From: Candidatus Electrothrix yaqonensis
GTDB lineage: Bacteria; Desulfobacterota; Desulfobulbia; Desulfobulbales; Desulfobulbaceae
DNA length: 32,000 bases
Assembly (NCBI GenBank): GCA_047651235.1
Contig: CP178758.1
Location: 360,001-392,000, forward strand
Direction: 5' to 3'
Part shown: in pieces, positions 17,037 through 25,855 of the stretch
How positions within the stretch are numbered: the first letter of the stretch is position 1
Layout of the letters: each line of letters begins with the position of its first letter
The notes under the pieces: model-generated
The model's input: the letters and a program-made list of their open reading frames with translations, nothing else
What the model was told of the DNA's origin: nothing
Database searches by the model: none
Position numbers and translations under genes: made by a program

Positions 17037-17242
17037 GCCCTGACCGTGTCACGATATTTCCATTTCTGGATAATACTTCTGCTGATACCGTATTTTTCCG
17101 CCAACTTACGTTCAGACAGGTCTGACTGCTGAATCTCCCGACGGCCAGCTTCTTCCGGGTATATTATCACATGGGGCGCGATATATACATCCGTCCCTGA
17201 TAAAATTTTTGAGACAGGACGCAGGGCGGTTAAAGGTTGCAA
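17033..17242 (-). CDS. Small helix-turn-helix ORF, probably an orphan N-terminal remnant of a transposase
   Basis: ...EEAGRREIQQSDLSERKLAEKYGISRSIIQKWKYRD resembles the HTH leader of IS481/IS30/IS3-type transposases. It has a TTG start and no catalytic domain follows. It could be non-coding. Confidence 0.3.
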   Translation of the reverse strand: MQPLTALRPVSKILSGTDVYIAPHVIIYPEEAGRREIQQSDLSERKLAEKYGISRSIIQKWKYRDTVRA

Positions 17243-17270
17243 AAAAACATGAAGATTAAAGCTGATGACT

Positions 17271-18005
17271 TCAAAGCTGCTCTGACTGAAGAAGTGACTT
17301 TTTCTTCCCCAGATTCACCTCAGCCTCTGAGACCCGGACATACATGGGTGCGATCATGGCAGGATTGGCAACCTCACCCCGTAACAACTGCTCGGCAGCG
17401 AGGAAACCGATCCTTGCGGCGCGGGGACTGCTCAGGGCCGGGGGAATGAGCTGCAGGTTCTCTTTTTCGGCAAAAAGTGCATGGTATTCCTGCAGGCCCG
17501 GTCCGGCGACAAGGGAAGGGGCCTGCATTTTTTCCAGCAGCCGTTCCGGACGGATCGCCTCTACCGGGCTACACTGCTCCGGCAGACCGTGCTGACCGGC
17601 ATGATAACAGGCGGCATAGACCTCCTGCTTGCGGGCGTCGAGCAGGCACCAGAGCGGACGGTCAATGACCGGGCAGGACAGGGCAACGGCATCCAGTGTC
17701 TGTACGCCGAGGAGTGGTTTCCGGGCAGCAAAGACAATCCCCTTGGCTGCAGCCATGCCGATGCGCAGGCCGGTGAAGGAGCCGGGCCCGAGGCTGACCG
17801 CAACCCCGTCCAGATCGTTCCAGTCCGCGCCTGCGGCCTGCATGATCCAGTCCACCGAACCGAGCAGACGCCGGGAATGGGTGATTTCCGGTTGAGCAGT
17901 GGCTTCAGCCAGCACCTTGCCGTTACGGATTCCGCCCTTCGTCAGGGCAACACTGCCGCAGCCGGTGGCAGTTTCAATGGAGAGGATCAGAGGAGTATCA
18001 GACAC
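17271..18005 (-). CDS. tsaB: tRNA threonylcarbamoyladenosine (t6A) biosynthesis protein TsaB (YeaZ)
   Basis: LILSIETATGCGSVAL...HSRRLL...DGVAVSLGPGSFTGLRIG...AKG. 244 aa with a GTG start. Confidence 0.85.
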   Translation of the reverse strand: MSDTPLILSIETATGCGSVALTKGGIRNGKVLAEATAQPEITHSRRLLGSVDWIMQAAGADWNDLDGVAVSLGPGSFTGLRIGMAAAKGIVFAARKPLLGVQTLDAVALSCPVIDRPLWCLLDARKQEVYAACYHAGQHGLPEQCSPVEAIRPERLLEKMQAPSLVAGPGLQEYHALFAEKENLQLIPPALSSPRAARIGFLAAEQLLRGEVANPAMIAPMYVRVSEAEVNLGKKKSLLQSEQL

Positions 18006-18026
18006 AACAGATACGTACGGAAAAAA

Positions 18027-19115
18027 TCAGGAGGGGCCCAACCAGCGCTGCACCAGCCTGGCGATGTCGTTATAAAAGACAAAGATCATCAGGGTACCGA
18101 GCAGGGCAATGCCCACCTGCTGGGCCCGCATCATGGCGTTTTCACTGAGCGGTTTGCGGCGGACAGCCTCAATACCGAGAAAGACAAGATGACCGCCGTC
18201 CAGAACCGGGATAGGGAGCAGGTTCAGAATACCCAGGTTAATGGATAGCAGACCGGTGAAGTGGAGCAGGTTCACCCAGCCCGCTTCCAGCTGCTGCCCG
18301 GCCATTTCGGCGATACGGATGGGCCCGCCCAGCTCGGATGCCGGAATGACCTGCTGAATAATTTTAATAATTCCCATTACGGTCAGGACAATCAGGCTCC
18401 AAGTCTGAATAAAAGCGTATTTGACCGCTTCCGGAAAGGAGACCTCAGTGAAGACGAGCTCCTCTGTACGCCCTATCCCCAGCAGATAGCGTTTTTCCAC
18501 CTCTTCCCCGAAGAAATTTTTTACCGCATCCATAGTCGGAGTTGCTGCAACTGTCAGTGTTTCCTGACCTCGTTGTAGCACAAGCTGCACCTCTTTGCCG
18601 TCGGAATTTCTGATTGTCTCAGAAACCTGTTCCCAGGAGGTCATTGCAACTCCGTTGATGCTCAGGATAATATCATTTTTTTTTAATCCTGCTTTTTCCG
18701 CTGCAGAGCCGGGAGAAACCTCGCCGATCTTTGTTGAGTCCGCCAGATCAGGCAGCCCGGCAAAGCTGAACATAAGCCAGAACACAAACACGGCAAACAG
18801 CAGATTGAACAGCGGTCCAGCAAAGACAATACCGAAACGCTGCCATACGGTTTTATGGGAAAAGGAAACAGCTTTTTCCGTCTCGGCAATTTCCTCACCC
18901 GGCTGTTCACCGTACATCTTCACGTAGCCGCCCAGAGGGAAGGCGGAGATCAGGTATTCAGTCTCTCCCCATTTTTTTCCGATCAGTTTATTGCCGAATC
19001 CCAAGGAAAACTTCAGCACCCGCACGCCGAAGAGTTTGGCAAAAAGGAAGTGACCAAATTCATGAACAAAAATCAGGACACCGAGGACAAGGATAAAAGA
19101 CAGTAACGAGTTCAT
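18027..19115 (-). CDS. rseP: RIP site-2 zinc metalloprotease RseP (M50 family)
   Basis: The HEFGHFLFAK (HExxH) motif sits in the first TM segment. There is a PDZ-like middle region (...GSAAEKAGLKKNDIILSINGV...) and the C-terminal motif NLLPIPVLDGGH. I prefer the ATG at 19115 (MNSLLSFILV...). The ATG at 19163 is also possible. Confidence 0.9.
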   Translation of the reverse strand: MNSLLSFILVLGVLIFVHEFGHFLFAKLFGVRVLKFSLGFGNKLIGKKWGETEYLISAFPLGGYVKMYGEQPGEEIAETEKAVSFSHKTVWQRFGIVFAGPLFNLLFAVFVFWLMFSFAGLPDLADSTKIGEVSPGSAAEKAGLKKNDIILSINGVAMTSWEQVSETIRNSDGKEVQLVLQRGQETLTVAATPTMDAVKNFFGEEVEKRYLLGIGRTEELVFTEVSFPEAVKYAFIQTWSLIVLTVMGIIKIIQQVIPASELGGPIRIAEMAGQQLEAGWVNLLHFTGLLSINLGILNLLPIPVLDGGHLVFLGIEAVRRKPLSENAMMRAQQVGIALLGTLMIFVFYNDIARLVQRWLGPS

Positions 19116-19199
19116 AGAGGTATAAAGGAATCGGTATACAGCGGATTGAAGTTCTGGCAACATGGTCTTCAGACCGCCACAACAGAAAGACGACAGAAA

Positions 19200-19391
19200 C
19201 TACCCCTTAATTTCAATACATTTTTCCGGACAGAAGGCAGCGGCTTGCCGGATCGCATCTGTTATCTCTGAAGGTTCTGCCACTAAGGCAGCTTTCTGGG
19301 TTATTTCATCCATATAGAATACATCCGGACATATTTCCACGCAGGTTCCGCAGCTGCTGCACCGATAAGTATCAATAATAATTTCTGTCAT
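19200..19391 (-). CDS. Small single-cluster [4Fe-4S]/[3Fe-4S] ferredoxin
   Basis: MTEIIIDTYRCSSCGTCVEICPDVFYMDE...AAFCPEKCIEI. The layout is that of Desulfovibrio-type ferredoxins (CxxCxxCxxxCP plus a distal CP). The upstream extension to 19457 is unlikely to be translated. Confidence 0.8.
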   Translation of the reverse strand: MTEIIIDTYRCSSCGTCVEICPDVFYMDEITQKAALVAEPSEITDAIRQAAAFCPEKCIEIKG

Positions 19392-19524
19392 TATGCTTTG
19401 TTGTTCTGTATAACGGCGATATAATCCGGCAGAGACTCTGTCCCGCTGCATGTGCAACTATAGCCGGAATACAGAAAAATGCATCAATCTTTTCCTGCTT
19501 CTTAATCTTTCCGGTACACGACAT

Positions 19525-21495
19525 CTATTGTTTCATTCCGATCAGAATTACACCAAGAATGTTCATCCTTAACGTTTTGAGGGCGTCCAGAGCACTGTTG
19601 ACTGCAGAGCGTGAGGTGCTTTTCTTGATAATGAATACGGTACAATCGGCAATGTGGCCAGCAAGGGCTGCCCCAAGGGTTATGGAGATAGGGGGGCTGT
19701 CGATCAGAACAAGATCAAAGTCTTTTTTTACGTTATCAATGAATTGCCTCATGGACCGCGAACCGAGCAGTTCACTCGGATTGGTCGGGGTAGCTCCGCC
19801 GGGCAGAATATAGAGATTGTCCAGCGCTGTTTTCCGTATAAGCTCGGCAGGAACTTTATTGCCGGTAACTAACTCGGCCAGTCCCGATTCTTTTTTTAGA
19901 GAAAAAATTCTGCTGAGGCCTGCTGTTACCATATCGGCATCAACCAGTAGCACCTTGGCGCCGGTTTTCGCAAACAGGATACCAAGTGAAGCGACACTGG
20001 TCGTTTTTCCTTCTCCCTGAACAGAGCTTGTCAGTAAAAAGGTATTCAGTTCTTTTTTTCTGCGAAGCTCCAATATTGCCCCGCATTCTTCGTAAATCCT
20101 GTCTGTGGTTAATTTGTCAAGCTGATCTGCAGTTTTATTTTTCTTTAACGCCTTACTGTACGGTATATTTCCGATAAGCGACAATTTCAGTGACAGTACA
20201 TCATGTTCATCTCTGAAAGAAGGATCAAAATATTCAACCAGAAAGCATACACCTGTTCCTAAGAATAGACCGAGTACAGCAGCGAGTACCATATTACGTG
20301 GTATGTTCGGCCTGAACGGTTTTCCAAGAACTTGTGCTTTATCGATCACACGGATATTATTGGCGACAATAGAGCCGCCTATATCTGTCTCCTTCAGTCG
20401 TTCAAGAAGAACATCATACATCTGTCTGTTACTTTCAGCTTCTCGTTTTAATACTCCATATTGAATGGCCTGTTCAGCGAGACGCATCGATTCTTTTTTA
20501 AGGATTTTTATCTGATCGATTATATTTCCCTCTCTATCCTGTATAATGAGGTACTCTACGAGCAGATCATTTTTTATCCTTTCTGCTTCATTAAAAACTC
20601 TCCTTCTGATACGAGAGATTTTAGAGTTTAATCGAATAATTTCAGGGTGTTTTGGCTTTAGTTTCATTTCAACTTCAGCCAACTTAAGTTCAACTTTATT
20701 GTATTCCTGCTTTAAAAATTGGATTTGTGGATTTTCCAGAAATGCGGGAATGGCATTCAAATCATCATTACTTTTATCTTCTCCTATACCCTTCAGTTCC
20801 CTCAAAACAGACTCCTTTTCCATCCTTTGCAGAGTTATTTCAGAATATTTTTCATTCATCTCTGCTATTTTTTCATTCACAACACTCTGTTTTTTTTCAA
20901 GGGAAGTCAAGTCTTCTTCCTGTTTGTATTTCAGAACATCCATTTCTGACTTTTTTACCTTGGTCTTCAATCCTTCTACCTGTTCGGATAACCAGATGAA
21001 GGCATTATTAGAAGAGGATCTGCGGTCTTCAAGGTTATATTTTATGTGTTCTTCAGCAAACGTATTGGCATACAGAGCAGCCTCTGCCGGGTCGGAGCTG
21101 ACAGCTTTTATCTGCAGAAGATGGGTGTTTTTCAAAGAAAAAACAGAGATAATTTTTTGGAATGTATCGATACCTTCTTCGGATAAGTTCAGCCTGTCTA
21201 AAACCCGGCGGATGACTTTGTGGGAGGTGATTATCTTTTTTTGTGTTTCTATAAATTCATTTGTTTTTCCTGTATCTATACTAACAAAATCGACAGGAGG
21301 TCGGTCTTTCGGCTCAACAATGATCATAGTGACAGCTTGGTACAATGAGGTCTGTTGGGACGAATAACCGAATGCGAGAAGAAGAACAGATAGAAAGACG
21401 GCAATAAGATAGAAAAATCTTCTTTTGAGGATAGCTACTAATTGATGCAGGTTTATTTCCTGCTCATGAGTTGCGGCTTGATCTTTGTGATTCAT
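19525..21495 (-). CDS. wzc: Polysaccharide co-polymerase / BY-kinase-like protein (Wzc/GumC-EpsG type)
   Basis: An N-terminal Wzz-like TM1, a long coiled-coil periplasmic region and a second TM (...MVLAAVLGLFLGTGVCFLV). The P-loop domain has Walker A SSVQGEGKTTS, A' VLLVDADM and Walker B DLVLIDSPP. Confidence 0.8.
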   Translation of the reverse strand: MNHKDQAATHEQEINLHQLVAILKRRFFYLIAVFLSVLLLAFGYSSQQTSLYQAVTMIIVEPKDRPPVDFVSIDTGKTNEFIETQKKIITSHKVIRRVLDRLNLSEEGIDTFQKIISVFSLKNTHLLQIKAVSSDPAEAALYANTFAEEHIKYNLEDRRSSSNNAFIWLSEQVEGLKTKVKKSEMDVLKYKQEEDLTSLEKKQSVVNEKIAEMNEKYSEITLQRMEKESVLRELKGIGEDKSNDDLNAIPAFLENPQIQFLKQEYNKVELKLAEVEMKLKPKHPEIIRLNSKISRIRRRVFNEAERIKNDLLVEYLIIQDREGNIIDQIKILKKESMRLAEQAIQYGVLKREAESNRQMYDVLLERLKETDIGGSIVANNIRVIDKAQVLGKPFRPNIPRNMVLAAVLGLFLGTGVCFLVEYFDPSFRDEHDVLSLKLSLIGNIPYSKALKKNKTADQLDKLTTDRIYEECGAILELRRKKELNTFLLTSSVQGEGKTTSVASLGILFAKTGAKVLLVDADMVTAGLSRIFSLKKESGLAELVTGNKVPAELIRKTALDNLYILPGGATPTNPSELLGSRSMRQFIDNVKKDFDLVLIDSPPISITLGAALAGHIADCTVFIIKKSTSRSAVNSALDALKTLRMNILGVILIGMKQ

Positions 21496-21566
21496 TATTT
21501 ATTTCGGGATAGAACTATAAGAAACAAAGAAAAATCAGGCAGAAGAAGACGGAGACGCCAGAAGAG

Positions 21567-22474
21567 TTACCAGAAACTGAGGGGAACCTCAATAATGTCA
21601 TCAGGTTTCAGCATAGTGTCCATATTTGTTTCTATCTCCATAACTTTTCCGTTCCTGAAACGTTTGATGACTGCATTTTTTGTTGATGCTTTCTGCGTGG
21701 CCCCACCGGCCAAGGTGATGGCTTTGAGTATGGTTATTCCCTGCTCGTACGGAAAGGAACCGGGATTTTTGACTTCACCGACTACATGAAGATACTTTGT
21801 GTCCGGCAGATAGATGATGTCTCCCGGCTGCAGATAAATATTTGCCTCCTCTTTCCCTGCAACCAGGAGCTGATACAGATCTACATAGATATTTTCAATA
21901 GTTGCATGCTTTTTTTCATCACCGTCTTCGACGGTATTCCGGATGATATGAGCTTTATGTCCGCTCATAACAGTCCCTAGTTGTGGAGAAATTCCCTCTG
22001 CTTTTGTCAATAGGTCAAAAATACGTGTGGGAGAGTCAAGATAATAGATTCCCGGCTTACCGACATTTCCCATTATCTTTACTTTTCTGCTCCGGTATTC
22101 CCTGACGATGACACTGACTATCGGATTATACAGATAATCTTTTTGCAACAGAGTGGTGATGTTATCTTTTATGGCAGAGACTGACATACCGGAGACACTG
22201 ACTTGCCCCAGTAAGGGAAAGACTATGTCTCCAGTTGTTGCAACAGTGTACTCTCCTTTTAACTCCGGGTTGTCATACACATCTATAGACAGTACATCTT
22301 CCGGCCCGACAGTATAAAAGATTTTTCTGCATCTGTTGACCGGGCAACACCGTTTTGTCTCTCTTTTCCGGCCTGTACCGTCAGGCACGAAAGAAAAAGG
22401 ATAATGAAGAGAAAGAAACAGAAAAATTGTTTACAGAAAGAAGGTGATAAAGAATCCGATTCTGCTGTCATCAT
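21567..22474 (-). pseudogene. wza: Wza-type polysaccharide export protein, with its reading frame broken between the signal peptide and the mature domain
   Basis: ORF 21567-22388 carries Poly_export/SLBB-type sequence (YTVGPEDVLSIDVYDNPELKGEYTV...GDIVFPLLGQVSVSGMS...; ...GDIIYLP...VGEVKNPG). The only signal peptide (KQFFCFFLFIILFLSCLTVQA) is in ORF 22283-22474 in another frame. The two frames meet at GCAGAAAAATC (A5 at 22322-22326). Confidence 0.7.
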
Positions 22475-23852
22475 ATTCTCTTGCCGTATTATCGGATGTT
22501 CTGGAAGAGTATTGATAATGTCCCCCGACTTTCAGCCAATCCTGAATCTGGTAATCCAATGCTGCTCTGCCTGTCCATGTTGTAACAGGTTCCGTGTACT
22601 GCAGAAGTTGATAGCTTCCCTCAAGACTGACCTTGAATTTTTCCATAAAAGCAGTGCTGAGTGACAGCTTAAGTCGGGCCGTATCATAGAACTGTTCATC
22701 AGTCACGACAGAGAAAGATTTGCGGGTACGTTTATCGGCCGACAGGCGGACATCAAGTTTATCGCTGTAGTTATGCCTGAACAGCGCAGCATATTTTATC
22801 CTGCCGTAACCGTTTTTTCCCAGAGACAGGCTGATGGATGATCGGGGGGTAAAAACAATTTTTGCGCCTGTTGCACCGATTACTTCTGCAAAATCATTCC
22901 GTTCATCTGCTGTATAATCAATATGTTCATATCCTGCTTCCAACCAGATAAAAAGGCGTTTTGACCGGGACCGCCGCTGAACTCCGAACAGATAGCGCAG
23001 AGTATCACAGTTTCGCTCCACAGCCTGTTCGGATTCGAATGTTTCGAGGAAGCCGGAAAAATACGACTCCCATGCGATGGAAACCGGGACTGTCAGCCTG
23101 CCGTCCACTGTATCACTATCATATACGGTGCTCTCCGGTTCGTCATCAAATTCTTGCCATAAATGGTCGTATCCTCCCTCCGCTTTCAGGCGCAGCCCGA
23201 ATTTATATGCAGCATGAATCTGATACCTGTCTGTCCGCCTGTCTGAAGTCTCTGCTTCTTCAGTAAGGTTCTGGTCAAAGGTTGTATCGGTATAGATATT
23301 GAACAGATTTACTGAAAGCCCCCCGGGGAAATTCAAATCTATACCCGCTGATGTATTTATATTGGTATCTGAAATGTTACTGCTGGTTCCTTTGCGGTAA
23401 TCACCAGTCAGGCCGAAATGAAATTTATGATCAATATAGGAATGTATCAGCTCGATTGCAGGGACAGCATGAAACAGCAGGTCATTTTTCAGTTCATCGT
23501 CTTCCTCCAGCCCGCTGCTCAGGTTGATATTATCGTCGTATTCTGTATTGAATGTTATTTTCGCAAAAGCCTCAGTATTATTTAGCTGCATGGAAAAAAC
23601 GCTTTCCGGACAGACGGCTTCGCAGCCAAGGCAACCGAGTAATCCGAGGAGTAAGAGATAATGAGGGCTTGAGCCAGAAATCGATCTATATCGAGTGTTA
23701 AAAAAATGATGGGTGGCAAGTCCCAACTCCTTTAAAAATATCTGTCCGTACGGGACAACGCATCCTCCCTCCAGCCAAATATAATGTTCCAGAGAACATT
23801 GTACCAGCGGACCAGAAGCCAGAGAAACCCACGGGAAGGACAATGCGGTCAT
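22431..23852 (-). CDS. Predicted outer-membrane beta-barrel protein associated with polysaccharide export
   Basis: It shows alternating-residue beta-strand character throughout, is rich in Y/D/N/S/T, and has the C-terminal strand ...SRIGFFITFFL. An internal signal-like segment is RYRSISGSSPHYLLLLGLLGCLGCEA. The ATG at 23852 lies 8 nt after the upstream stop, but the true start is uncertain. Confidence 0.5.
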   Translation of the reverse strand: MTALSFPWVSLASGPLVQCSLEHYIWLEGGCVVPYGQIFLKELGLATHHFFNTRYRSISGSSPHYLLLLGLLGCLGCEAVCPESVFSMQLNNTEAFAKITFNTEYDDNINLSSGLEEDDELKNDLLFHAVPAIELIHSYIDHKFHFGLTGDYRKGTSSNISDTNINTSAGIDLNFPGGLSVNLFNIYTDTTFDQNLTEEAETSDRRTDRYQIHAAYKFGLRLKAEGGYDHLWQEFDDEPESTVYDSDTVDGRLTVPVSIAWESYFSGFLETFESEQAVERNCDTLRYLFGVQRRSRSKRLFIWLEAGYEHIDYTADERNDFAEVIGATGAKIVFTPRSSISLSLGKNGYGRIKYAALFRHNYSDKLDVRLSADKRTRKSFSVVTDEQFYDTARLKLSLSTAFMEKFKVSLEGSYQLLQYTEPVTTWTGRAALDYQIQDWLKVGGHYQYSSRTSDNTAREYDDSRIGFFITFFL

Positions 23853-23860
23853 TTAAAAAG

Positions 23861-24799
23861 TCACCGCCACCAGTCGGAATTCATACTGCAGCGGGCCGCC
23901 CAGGCAGCAGGCAACAGCCTGTATCGTTTGCCTATCTTGTAGGCGATGAATTTGCAGAGATTCCGCAGAAACGCCTCCGGCAGGAGAACAAATCGTTTCT
24001 TTTTCATCAGCAGAGCAAGCTCCGAGCGCACATATTTTCTGCCGGCACCGGCAGGGCCGCCGAACCGGGCAAAATATTCCTGCTGCTCCTCATGCAGCAC
24101 CCCAATATCAAAATACCGTCTGAAATCCTGGAGCACGGAATAATTATGCGAATGCCGGACAGCCGCCTCACTGACATATGCCGCATAATATCCTGTTATG
24201 AGCAGTTTTGCCAGTGCCACCGTATCTTCGCCGAACAGCAGCTTGTCCGGAAAATAGCCCTGCGCCGCCAGCAGATCCCGCCGCCAGGCGGCAAAGGAAT
24301 TGGAGATAAAAATCGTCTTGAAGCCGAAAAGCTCCCGATCCTGAAAACCACGAAGCTGTGATTTTTCCGGATAATTGAACAGGCGCAGATGCTCCCCGAA
24401 AAACGTGGCATCAGCTGCAGGCAGCTGTCTGCCGTAGCTTGCTGCAATCTGTTTATTCTTATAGAAGGGACGAACTAGCCGTTCCACTGCCTTTTTATCT
24501 GCCGGAATTGCATCCTGGGTCATATAGATCAGGATATCACCGGAGGTCTGCCGAGCGGCCATGGTCCGGGTGCCGCCGTGATCAAAATCCTGCTGCGCAA
24601 TCTCCAGCAGACGGATAAAGGGGAATGCCCTGCTGTGTTGCCGGACAATATCACAAGTCGCATCGGTTGACCCGGAGTCCACGATCAGGATTTCATCCGG
24701 CACACGGGTCTGCCGTTCCAGCATGGAGAGCAGCTCATCCAGCCATTGCCCGCCGTTCCGGGTCGGAATAACCAGGGAAAGTGTCAGTTCCTGCGGCAT
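23861..24799 (-). CDS. Glycosyltransferase family 2
   Basis: LSLVIPTRNGGQWLDELLSMLERQT...ILIVDSGSTDAT...YMTQDA... This is a GT-A fold with a DxD-like motif. 312 aa with an ATG start. Confidence 0.8.
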   Translation of the reverse strand: MPQELTLSLVIPTRNGGQWLDELLSMLERQTRVPDEILIVDSGSTDATCDIVRQHSRAFPFIRLLEIAQQDFDHGGTRTMAARQTSGDILIYMTQDAIPADKKAVERLVRPFYKNKQIAASYGRQLPAADATFFGEHLRLFNYPEKSQLRGFQDRELFGFKTIFISNSFAAWRRDLLAAQGYFPDKLLFGEDTVALAKLLITGYYAAYVSEAAVRHSHNYSVLQDFRRYFDIGVLHEEQQEYFARFGGPAGAGRKYVRSELALLMKKKRFVLLPEAFLRNLCKFIAYKIGKRYRLLPAAWAARCSMNSDWWR

Positions 24800-24809
24800 G
24801 TTTATCTCT

Positions 24810-25655
24810 TCAGCGGCAGACCACCAGATATTTTGCCAGGGCCCATAAGATATATGGAGAGGGATGTCTTCGGTATAGGAGCAGCTCGCTCTCCGCTGCA
24901 GTCAGGCGCAGCCGGTACGGAACCTGCTGCCGCTTTTTCTGCCACCCTCTGCAATGGTACACTCTGATCTCAGGCAGATAGGTGATCCGCCAGCCCGCCT
25001 TTCTGATCCGCAGGCACAGTTCGATATCTTCCTTGTAGAGGAAAAAATCCGGATCAAACACAGCCGGACCGCTGCTCTGTTGCAGGGCTATCTGGTCCAG
25101 CATTATTATTCGGCAGAAAAGAAAGGCGCCGCAGACCGCCGGAACTTCTTCCTGAACCATATGCTGCCCGATATCCGCCTCTCCCTGGCCTCGATCATAC
25201 CAGCGGCCATACCATTTCCTGAAGACACCCGTGGAGTCCAGCAGACCGGTCGGCTGACCAGTGCGGCTGTCAAAACCAAGCAGGCGCCCGCTGATGCAGC
25301 CTATATCGGTGTTTCTGCTGTCAGTAAAAAAGGCAAGAGCCTGTTCAATGCTGTCCGGCTCCGGAAAGGCATCCGGATTAAGAAAAAGAATAAAATCCGC
25401 ATCCTGATAATCAGGACAGACAGCCTGGTAGCCGATATTATTGGCCCGGCTGAAGCCGATATTTTCTTCCGGCTGAACTATTATATTCATATCGTTACGC
25501 TCACGATATGATTCCAGATAGCTGGTATCAGAGGAACCGGAATCCACCAGTACAACAGTATCAGGCCGAATCGTCTGCCCGGCAAGGGCATCCATGCAGC
25601 GGGGCAGGACAGCCTGCGAGTTATGGGTGACGATGATGACGGCTGTTTTATGCAT
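24810..25655 (-). CDS. Glycosyltransferase family 2
   Basis: MHKTAVIIVTHNSQAVLPRCMDALAGQT...VVLVDSGSSD...FLNPDA...YKEDIELCLR. I prefer the ATG at 25655 to the TTG at 25751. Confidence 0.8.
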   Translation of the reverse strand: MHKTAVIIVTHNSQAVLPRCMDALAGQTIRPDTVVLVDSGSSDTSYLESYRERNDMNIIVQPEENIGFSRANNIGYQAVCPDYQDADFILFLNPDAFPEPDSIEQALAFFTDSRNTDIGCISGRLLGFDSRTGQPTGLLDSTGVFRKWYGRWYDRGQGEADIGQHMVQEEVPAVCGAFLFCRIIMLDQIALQQSSGPAVFDPDFFLYKEDIELCLRIRKAGWRITYLPEIRVYHCRGWQKKRQQVPYRLRLTAAESELLLYRRHPSPYILWALAKYLVVCR

Positions 25656-25855
25656 AGCATCTGAAAGTCGGGTTATGTGGTCATCGTACTGAATCGGGGT
25701 TGAAGATGTGCTTCTTTCAGTTTCACTTTGGCAGGGAAGCGGAAAAAACAAGGATTTCAGCTGAAGTTAAGCTGTTTTTCGTTTTCTGACAGGCTGGCAG
25801 GAGGAAAGGCAGCGGCGATGTGAATGCTGAAGCGGTTTACCGGGACGGGCAGGAA

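Noticed and set aside
17481-18248. A 255-aa plus-strand ORF, with several others at 17344-17895, opposite tsaB/rseP
   Set aside because: They lie antisense to genes with unmistakable TsaB and RseP motifs in a very GC-rich stretch, where long shadow ORFs arise by chance. Their products are Arg/Gly/Pro-rich with no motif.
20546-21367. A 273-aa plus-strand ORF antisense to the wzc-like gene
   Set aside because: Its low-complexity Ser/Phe/Leu-rich translation mirrors the Lys/Glu-rich coiled-coil codons of the real gene. It has no start context or motif.
25795-25812. TGGCAG-N-AAGGCA, resembling a sigma-54 -24/-12 element next to the NtrC-type gene
   Set aside because: It is on the plus strand, pointing into the 3' end of the regulator gene. 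The GG-to-GC spacing is also one nucleotide too long.
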